Positions 55,101 to 64,000 of a stretch of 64,000 bases of DNA are shown here, one piece after another. The position numbers and the translations under genes were made by a program. The stretch is from Gordius albopunctatus. Its lineage: Eukaryota. The stretch spans positions 19,406,001-19,470,000 of the forward strand of contig OZ193909.1 of NCBI GenBank assembly GCA_964276515.1. The letters run 5' to 3'. Numbering within the stretch: position 1 is the stretch's first letter; every line of letters starts with the position of its first letter. The notes under the pieces are model-generated. The model was not told the origin of the DNA and did no database searches. It saw nothing but the letters and a program-made list of their open reading frames with translations.

Positions 55101-58100
55101 AAAATCTAATTATAATCCTGCTAAGCCCAGGGCAGATTTTATAATTTATATTTAGTTTTTGTTGATTAAATGACTAATTTTTGTATTTATAAATAATTTG
55201 AGTTATTATGGCACGGATCAAGGAAAAAATGGTGGATGAAAGGGGACGCCTTTATTATCGCATTGAAACGAAGCGCATCTACAAAGTAAATTCAGTTTGA
55301 ACAATCTAAAATATCATTTAAATAGAAAATAAATTTTATACGATTAAAATTTTATAAATTATCATTTAGGTATTTCAACGATTTATTCATTATAAAAACA
55401 TAATTTTTAAGTTTTCATAGAAATTTAACTGTTACTAAAAGTGTGAAAAATTGTATTTTTTGCTAGGGCCTGGCTAGACGTTAAAAATACCAAATTCGCA
55501 TTAAAAAATCTGGGAATCTGGAGTGTAAATTGCTATTTTTAAATGCCTGTCTCTGTTAGGTTTCTGAGTCTATCAGGCTATTCTAAGGAACTTTTGCTTT
55601 CTGCAGCAAAAAAAGGGTTTAGAAAATAGATGATTTATACACTACACAACACACATAGATTTAGCAAGCAATAGAGTAATGTTGATAAATTAGTTTTAAC
55701 AGTTCAGGGCTAGCAATACATACCACCCATGAATGATGAATAAAAAAAGATTAAAATGCAATAGAACATATGTGTTGTCCCGTTAACGATTTGTTACAAT
55801 TCATACAATCGCTACAAATCGATCATTAACAAAAACCCTACCCCAATGATATTTTTTATGCCTATTTTTTTGTTCATTTTTGCTAAATATCAAAAAAAAA
55901 TAAAAATTAAAGTTGAAGATAAAAAAGCCTTTTTTACGACTTTTCCCATTAACACATTGTTATTAGAGGGGTTTTATAACACACACAATATTACTTTTTG
56001 GTGTTTTATATTTTGGGTTAAACTCTTAGTCATAAAATTTTTATGTGTTTAAGCGATTTCCTAATGTGAGTCATCAAAGTCATTAAAAAACACTTTTCAA
56101 GGTTACTTAGGGATATTTTATTATTTTAGGGGGAAAAAAATAAATTTAATTACATTTTTTAAAACGGGTAGAATTTATTAAGGCTGAATAAAAATTGGAT
56201 CTCCCAAGATTACTGGGTTCCCAAACCCTTTTTGCCCCCCCCCCCTCGCTGCGCTACTAGACAACATACCTATTAATTGCTATGCAATTTATGGGCTCTC
56301 TTTTAGCTGTCCATCCTATCCAACTTCTAATTTTTCAATGATTCCTGTGGTGGAAACTTATATTGTGGACTTCTGTGAAAGACTTTTATTCTGCTTTCGC
56401 AAATAGAATAGCTAATGACCGCGGCGGCTTGCCTTCGAAATTGCATTAATATTTTGTGCCCGACTGATTGATTGATTATTACCTTTATCAGTTATAAAAT
56501 TCTTTTAGCAACTTGTCTGAGTCGTGTTGTGGCTTTATAACGGCCAATTGCGAAACTGGTTTAATAATGCCCTTTAAATTAATGCTGACCGTTGTTTACT
56601 TCTACCTTATCTGACCCCATTTTTAATTGCTATTTATTTTTGTTGCTTTATGCATTTCTTTTGGCAACTTATCTATTTAGTATTGATTAATTTTTCCAAT
56701 ATATGTGTGATTGGCAACTATTCAGGCAAGGGTTGAACACAATCAATGTAAGAGCCAGGAGACATATTTTTAATTAAATTTTGATTATAATTTAACCAAT
56801 TACCCTTTTTGTCCCTGTTACTGCCCCCCCCCCCCTCCCCCTTAAGGATAGCCAAAAAATGTGTAGAGTAGTGATTAAGAGATAAACAAAGTTGAATGTT
56901 TTAATAATTTATTAGACAATTTAAGTATAATTTTAACTTTTTTTAAAATTTAGGGCCAGTTTTGATAAATTATACAAAACATTTTTCATGTTCTTAACTA
57001 ATATAATTTAAAGTCGGGCGGATTGGAACCTTGAATTGGTAGAGTCAATTTGTTATTCCGTTTAAATAAGTTTATGTTTTAATTTTATTATAAATTTTGA
57101 AAAATAGCCACACCCAGGGGCGTAGCAGAATTGGAATTTGAGGGGGGTAATAATGATTTAAGGAGAGGAAAAATGAATTTATTTTGTAGTTTTAGCACAA
57201 TTAATATAATAAATTTTGAAGAATTTGGATTTAGGGGGGGGGGCAGCTGCACCCCGCTGCCTGCCCCTAGATACGCCAAAGGCCACACAATCTCGGGACT
57301 GTTCTTAATCTCGCTCCCCTAGGTTTATAATGATTTACAAATTCCAAATTTGTGAAATGTTACAGCTTCAAACTTAGGCTCTTAAACTGAGGAGCCACAT
57401 TGCAGTTCTAAATATTAAATTAGAAATCGCGAATAATTCCCGCCGTTTTCTATTAATTAGTCATTTTAATAATCCCTTTATCTCTAATCATTTGAATGAG
57501 GAGCCATAAAAGCTTAAAATAATTTAATATATCAAAACTATTTTAATTTTTGTAATTTTTCCACAAATATTTATTACAACAGGACGCAAAAAATATTGCA
57601 ATATTCGACAAAGTATACGCTGATCCCTATTACATCGAGCTTTGCTGGGAAGCAAATTTACGAATCGATTCAAAATATCTATTAACGGGTAAACAACACA
57701 TTTTTCATAATTATATTGAATTCTAAAATTTCTGCGTCTTTTTTACTCAGGCAACAACTAGGGATTCTTGTTGCACGATACAACTTTAAATCCTTTGCCG
57801 ACTCATGGCCCATTTTAGAAGAGAATGATATAAATCTTTGTATTTAACCAATATGTCTTTATTTTTGTATTTCGCTTATTAATGTAACTTTGTTTCTTGA
57901 AAATAAACTTTTTAACAAAAAAAAATTTTTTTAAAAATTAAAAAATTATCACTAAAAAAACAAACAACAAATATAACATAGACATGTTAAGTTAAATGAT
58001 TCAAATACATAGGCGTAGCCTAAGGGGGGGGCCCTCTAAATCCAAAATTTTGTTGAAATTTATTAAAATTATGACTAAAATTTCAAAAAAAGCTCATTAT

Positions 58101-61100
58101 TGCCCACCCCCTCTCCTAATTCCAATGCTGACTAGCGCCCATGTTCAAATCCTTTATAGGTAACATACCAACCACCCAGCCCAGGTCAATGCTATAAAAA
58201 TATTAAATCGATATGTGGAACATTATAAAAACAGCACCATTAACTCTATGTTAAAAGATGATAAAATTGACTCTTTTCCTTGGTTTATTACCTTTTTCTA
58301 TGAGAGTAGCCAGCAGGAATCGATTTAGAGGGGGGGCGCAATAATGATTTATGGAGGGGCAAAATGGAAATTATAGTAATTTTAGCCATATAATTAGATA
58401 AAATTTTAAAGTTTTTTTGGATTTGAAGGGGGGCAGCCTGACCCCCTGTTTACACCCATGCCTTTTTCTTATTATTTTTTATCAAAATCCATCTCTGTCA
58501 ATAACATTCAAATACTATAGAATTTTAAATAAATTTAAAATTTTTTAATATAAATTTTTTAATTTAGGAAAAGTGATGTTAGATTCAAATTCTCAATCAA
58601 TAGCAATCATAGACGAATCCAGTTATATCAAAGAGTGGCAAGAAGTAACAGTTAGACAAAGGAAAGGCTTTCACAAAACTTTCTACCCTAACTGCCCTTG
58701 CAAAGTCCATCATTTCATTAATATTTTAAAAATAAAATATATACTATCTTAAAATTATTTTTTTTTAAATTATATTTATTAATATTTTAGGTGAAAAGAT
58801 GTAAATTAGAAATGTGGGACCATTGTAGCAAACCTGGATTAAATCTTGAAATTGATAAATTATGTCGATATTACCATCCAATATCGCCCAAATTAATTAA
58901 ATCCTGTCAAAACGAATGGTCCTACTGTGAAATAGACCTTAAAAATCCACAGGCTTGCCGGTGGAATTTCAATGATTACTACTTCAGTTGCTTAGAGAAA
59001 GCTCTCATCACAAGTACTAATAGATTTCTTCTTAGCCCTTCTGCTACCCCTCAAATTTCAAATAAACTTTTTTGAAAGTAACCTTCCGAATAAGTACCGA
59101 ATAGTGTTGTAAGAAGACCGGGGTTGCCAAAAGTCGACTAATAAAACCCAGCTCTTTTGCAACACAAATACACTAACTACTTAAAAGAGGAAATTTCGAA
59201 ATTGAAAATCGATGATTTCATTCAATTAAATTATCAAGTCAATTAAAATATATATTAGTTTTTAGAGAATATTTCTCCTGTCCTTGACTTATGAGAATTA
59301 TGCAATTATGGCCATAACAGTTAAATAGTCAAAACTTGTACATATATTATACGCGCGCGTTTGTGTAAAAATATTTATATATTATTATTTGTAATAAATA
59401 GTAATATATTTTTCCCCCAAAATACATGTAAATTTAATAAAATATATATATTTCACCATTTCTTTGTAGTTTGGGTAATAGGCTTGATCAATCAAGGGGA
59501 ATTGCTCCTTGCCAATCTTCTTTTGAATCTTAATCAGATCGGCAAACTTAAAGATCAAAAAATAATATATTAATTCGAGCTATCTAAAAATTATATGTTA
59601 TTTTGTATCCTAGAAAGAAAAACAATTGAATACAATTAATAATTTCTCGCTTGTTAGTTTATATGAGCTGCAAGTAGAGCCTTGCAAATTGGAATTTCTT
59701 TGGCCCGGTAAAGGCCCAAGCACGATACTTTTTATCTAATTTTGTCCGAGCACCAATTTTTTTACTAAGCTTCGACCCGAGCCACAAAAAAGTATTTAGA
59801 ATACCCATTTTGCGCCTTAACATAAAAATATTTTGTCTCCTCTAAATAGTCTACTCAAAATAGGAATAAGTAAAAAGTTTTGAAAAATCTTTTAGCTAGA
59901 TTTTGGCAGGGCTCTAACTCCAAGGGATTATTTTTGAAATCACAACTGGTGAACGGCTGATATATGTTTCAAACATGGCGGCCTACACAACTTGCTTAAA
60001 ATGAGATCAGCTGTTCTATCTCAGGTACGAATGAACGTCAACTTACTACGCGTGGTTTATTTTGGAAATTGTAGATGGATTCGAGAGAGTTGAGGGAAGG
60101 CACGTTTCCATAGATGAGCCCGAGCAATATATTTGTCCAATCGTCTCGGGCATCTTTAACGTATTGCCTTATCAATACGAAATCTGGCTTGAAAGATCTA
60201 ACAAAATATTGATATTTTTATTTTAAAATTAAAATGATTTCATCTAAAAAAGAGATTTGTTGTAGTGTTTGGATTAATAAACCTGACCACTCTGGTGCCA
60301 CCTTTAGTTAATTGCATGTCTACTATGGCACCTTCGTCGGTATAAGCAGCCAAATTGATCTCCTTAAACTCGGCCTTTAAAAATGAATTTAAATTTTATA
60401 TTCAAAAAATGTAAAAATTTATTATTACTTGTTCTAGCCGTATGTCCCATTCATTGTTAAGTCGACGTCCTTTAAAATATTTCGACCTTAAAATATCAAA
60501 TATTTTCAATAAATTTTAAATATTTTATATTCCAATTTTTGATCTTTCTCTGCAAAATATTTTAAGTTTTGAAGCTTTATTAGAGAAGTTCTGATCAATA
60601 TATGTTTAGCAGAATATTCATAGTTATGTTAAGGCAAACACCTTTGATTTGAAAATATTTATTTTAAATGTTTAAATAATTTTAATCAGTAATAAGAAGT
60701 GTTTAAAAATAAGACCAATTACACTTATCATTAACAATAATATAAATCACGTGGCTAATTGTCAAAACAAAATTAAAAAAACACAATATTTGAGTATTCT
60801 TTGAGCTTCTGAACAACATAAACTATTTGTCTCTACAAATTAATATTGAATTTAAGCTTGAAAAACATGCGCGAAAATAAAGTGCACATTTAGAATTATT
60901 TTCAAATTTAAAATTATAAAAAATTAAATAACATATGTATGTACCAATCAGTGTGAGGTTCATCTATGATTAAGAGCGTTTTACACTTTTCCCTAGCGCT
61001 GGAATTGCTTCGCCGTGACGCTCCTACGATATTCCCACTAGTTCTTCTCAGCCCATGAGCGTTAAATTGTGCGCTAGCGTTTTGATAAGCGCTGCTCATA

Positions 61101-61892
61101 GCGGAGCTCGGGCTCGAAACAGAACCCATGTATTGTGCCGCCGAGGTTAAGCTTGATAGACTGCCCGAGAAAAGTCCTTTTAAATTTTCCGTGAAATTAG
61201 ACAAGGCCATAGAGCTAGGAGCGGTACCGCTCAAACTTAAAGCGTCAACGCTCGTACCCACTTCTGGCTGCATAAGCTTGCCCGGGCTAGCAGGTGCGCT
61301 GTGTAAATTGGTAACGCTCTGACTCTGACTTCTCAGATGACTGCGCTGAGGACGTCTTTCTTTAACGCCTCCGGGCTTAGCTGGGCCATTTGCCCCCCTC
61401 GCTGGTCCCGTCCCATCAGTAGTGTAATCAGATGATTCGGGGGTAGGGGTAGTACTATTAGGGGGTGAGTTGCCCCGTCTTGGATGTTCCATGACAGTTA
61501 TATTATTACTAATATCGTTATTATTGGTTATAGTTTCGTGACCTGTTAGCTGCTCTTGGGTCGGGTCGTTAGTCGATGAGAGTTCATCTTCATCTTGATC
61601 TGTGGAGAAACGCCTCCTCAGAGAAGTCACTTTCTCTGAGAAGCTACTACGCAATTGTTGGGTGAACGAAATTTTTGCTCCGAAATACGGGAATGAGAAT
61701 CAAAGGTGATATAAATCTTTGGAGTTATTTAGAGAATATCTTTCATCGTTTAAGTTATTACTTATTAGGAGACAAATAGTATGATGATAGTAGCTGGGGG
61801 GGGGGGAGGGGGAGCTAAAGCTATAAAGAGCCCAAAATGGTTTTATTGATTTTTAACGAAAATTTCTTACTGCCTCTTTTACTAGCCCACAT
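46103..61892 (-). CDS. Syn: Synapsin (~857 aa). Exons: [61871-61892 tentative], 60945-61677, 60429-60486, 60283-60374, 60047-60197, 59457-59546, 50796-50858, 49945-50087, 49758-49832, 49566-49668, 49366-49475, 46103-47036
   Basis: Domain A LRRRFS. Domain [130 protein letters not shown]. Pro/Gln-rich tail and domain [18 protein letters not shown]. All introns are GT-AG with consistent phases. Confidence 0.95.
48523..49186. mobile_element. hAT-type MITE (TAGAGC family) inserted into another MITE, in a synapsin intron
   Basis: tagagctgtgca / tgcatggctcta TIRs; 8-bp TSD atttagag on both sides; acccga repeats. It splits a G-run MITE (~48420-49240). Confidence 0.85.
49486..49564. repeat. (AAAT)n-based microsatellite filling a 90-bp synapsin intron
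   Basis: ataaataaatgcaataaataaatgcaataaataaataaat... Confidence 0.8.
52834..59075 (+). CDS. Timp: Tissue inhibitor of metalloproteinase (TIMP)-family protein, 286 aa, nested antisense in a synapsin intron. Exons 52834-53083, 55203-55285, 57583-57688, 58568-58704, 58791-59075
   Basis: Spliced translation: signal peptide...[24 protein letters not shown]...[11 protein letters not shown]...VYADP...[13 protein letters not shown]...YIKEW..VT.RQRKGF...F..NCPCK-V.RC plus a Cys-rich C-terminal domain. Intron phases 1,0,1,0 are all consistent. Confidence 0.9.
53462..53868. mobile_element. hAT-type MITE (CATGGGCGTAG family); many shorter relatives e.g. 7082-7236, 38980-39132, 41450-41615, 57116-57280, 58008-58143, 62228-62378
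   Basis: TIRs catgggcgtag / ctacgcccatg with perfect 8-bp TSD gataaaag. Relatives show 7/8-matching TSDs (ttcaaat, ctgcaat, gccacac). Confidence 0.9.
57728..57925 (+). mobile_element. CRE element 3'-terminal fragment with poly(A), inside TIMP intron 3
   Basis: [29 protein letters not shown] matches the C-terminus of the 11549-12427 ORF; aataaactttttaa + A-run as at 12506-12529. Confidence 0.85.
59675..59916. mobile_element. hAT-type MITE (TAGAGCCCTGCA family), short degenerate copy
   Basis: tagagccttgca ... ggcagggctcta; degenerate TSD gctgcaag/actccaag. Confidence 0.7.
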
Positions 61893-62849
61893 GGGGGTAA
61901 GGTCATTTTTAAACGATTTACTGATTTCAAATTATCCGATCGAGAAATAAAATTTTACACATACGACATCAATAAATTTGCGGTGATCGTGTAAAAGAAA
62001 TAAATGTATATTTATTTATTATGGGATTAAATATTTTATGGATTAATATTTTATTTGATCGATCGAAATTCCTATGGCATCAGTGCGTGCTTGGATTCGA
62101 TGACAAAAAATCAATAAATATTTTCTCTCTCTCCATTGTCTCTCCCTTACACACATAGTTAAGTGACCATTATCTAGTTTCCACATCATACGTCTAACAT
62201 CCCGCATCTCCAATTAATGCCTGCAATCATGGGCGTACCCAAGGGAAGGGGGGCAAGAATGGGCGGGTGCCCCCCTCTAAATCCAAAAATTTATTAAAAT
62301 TATGGCTAAAATTTCAAAAAATTTTCAAATCATTATTAATATCACCTTTCTCTAATTCCAATGCTGATTATTCCCGTGACTGCAATTATACCTTTTAATT
62401 TTCCAAAATTTATCAATTTTTTTAATGCATAGACTTTGCAAAATTATTAATTATATATATATGGCGACATCGTCAGTATTTTTGTTAAGTTTCAGACCCA
62501 GTCTCTTCTTTAATTCGTATGGAAGCCGTAGTTTAGTTTGCAACACTTGACTTGGACTAGTGTTGTAAAAACATCTGGGATTTGTTTTTACAAAACTAAC
62601 TTGGACAAAATAGGAAAGCCCGCGACAGTATTTCGTAGGAGGGGGCTAGGTATTGGCGCTATACAATAAAATCGAAAATAAATATAATTTTTTTAAAAAT
62701 ATAATTTTTAGAACTAATCAACTCTCACCTTAATAAATTTTAAAAAATATTTAAATGATAAATTCGTTTAAGAAAAATAAATTTAAGTTTTAAGGAATTT
62801 ATTTTGTAGAAAATAGTAGCTTACATTTTTCCCATAATTAAATTATGTC

Positions 62850-63230
62850 AAGTAAATACACGGCGATCAACAAAATCATCGGCCAATACCTTAGGAAGGC
62901 TGGCTTCCCAAACACCTTGGAGCCCGCCGGCCTTAGCACCACCGATGGGAAAAGACCAGACGGGCGGGTCACACTCATCCCATGGTCCCGTGGACTGAAT
63001 CTCACTCGGGACTTCACCCCGGTCGACATATTCGCCCCTTCCAACCCCTCTCCCCCCCCCGACCTTATAGTCGGTGCAGAGAATAGGAACACAGGCAAAT
63101 ATTCTTCCCTCGCGGAAGCAATATTCATTCCCGTAGTGGCAATCACAATTGCAAATTTAGCGCCGAAGCTCTCGCCCTCCTCAAAAAAATTGGAAAAGCG
63201 ATCTCCAGCGTCTCCTTGCATTTGAAAGAC
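62850..63230 (+). mobile_element. CRE-like endonuclease fragment
   Basis: IN.II...L.KAG.P..LEPAGLSTTDGKRPDG.TLIPWSRG.NL..DFT.VD.FAPSN...AE....KY..L....IFIPV. Confidence 0.75.
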
Positions 63231-64000
63231 TACCTTTTTTTATCAGGTAGAAGATCACAATGGAAATCGTCGTTAAATCCAACACGATCTCCATGCACAC
63301 GGATCAATGCCATCCGTTTAGTTATGGCGCGTTTTTATATTTTTTTAGTCGTGTATGTAATTTGTTGTATACCATTTAATCAAGTAAATATTCGCAGGAA
63401 AAAAAGTAAATGTGTAAGTTTAATTTTGGAAAAATTAAGAAGCCGAGATAATGAAAGAAATATAAATCAATAACAACTAAAACTGATCTTAAAAAATTGA
63501 TAAATTAAGGGGGGGAAGGGGGAACGAAACTCATCTATTCAATTTATGGGCGAGAATGCCTATAGGGGGGGGGATATAAAATGCAAAATGATTACTTAAT
63601 TATTTATACAAATATTTATTAAGTTACATTTTTGTAAAACCTGCTATTATTGAGGAATAGGCTTTCCTTCATTCATTCTTAATCATCAACTTGTAAATTA
63701 ATCAAAAGGACGAAAGGAACGCAAATAGAGGGTATGCCCTTGGAAAAGCCAATGGTCATCCTTCCAAAACGTACAACTTTCAATTTACAGTTTTTTTGAT
63801 ACTGTACAAATTTAAACAAGTTGGTGTAGGCGACCCATAATCTGAATTATGACTATAGTAGACTCTATTCAAATCATGCGCTTATGTATAGTATAAACAA
63901 GATATCAAAAAAACGAAAATATTTTCCAATCAGACCTAGGCCATTTTTTCTATTAACAAGAACAATAAATTAATTTAATTAAAAAATTAGCCTTTGTGGG

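Noticed and set aside
56505..56560. TIMP exon 3 candidate (SESCCG)
   Set aside because: No phase-compatible acceptor and wrong spacing; 57583-57688 fits motif and phase.
59940..60030. Intronic snRNA/snoRNA
   Set aside because: No convincing box motifs; the gatcagctgtt/aacatggcgg text looks more like a DNA-transposon end remnant.

Overview
AT-rich, intron-containing eukaryotic (invertebrate-like) DNA dense in transposon remains. Three host genes can be reconstructed by hand from GT-AG exons. (1) A minus-strand synapsin (~46.1-61.9 kb, ~857 aa, domains A, C and E recognisable). (2) A plus-strand TIMP-family gene (52834-59075, 286 aa) nested antisense in an 8.6-kb synapsin intron. This TIMP is atypical: it has a ~45-aa extension in front of Cys1 and has lost both cysteines of the Cys3-Cys99 disulfide. 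(3) A two-exon CABIT-like (Serrano/GAREM/Themis-type) gene at 36361-38082. Mobile DNA includes five pieces of CRE-clade (RT + restriction-like endonuclease) non-LTR retrotransposons, one bracketed by a ~425-bp direct duplication. There are also RTE LINE fragments, a tRNA-derived SINE sharing an RTE 3' tail, an internally deleted hAT element with TIRs and an 8-bp TSD plus many related MITEs, Helitrons, Mutator- and pogo-type MITEs, a Helentron-like repeat family and decayed Gypsy remnants. Family assignments come from motif recognition only; no database searches were run.
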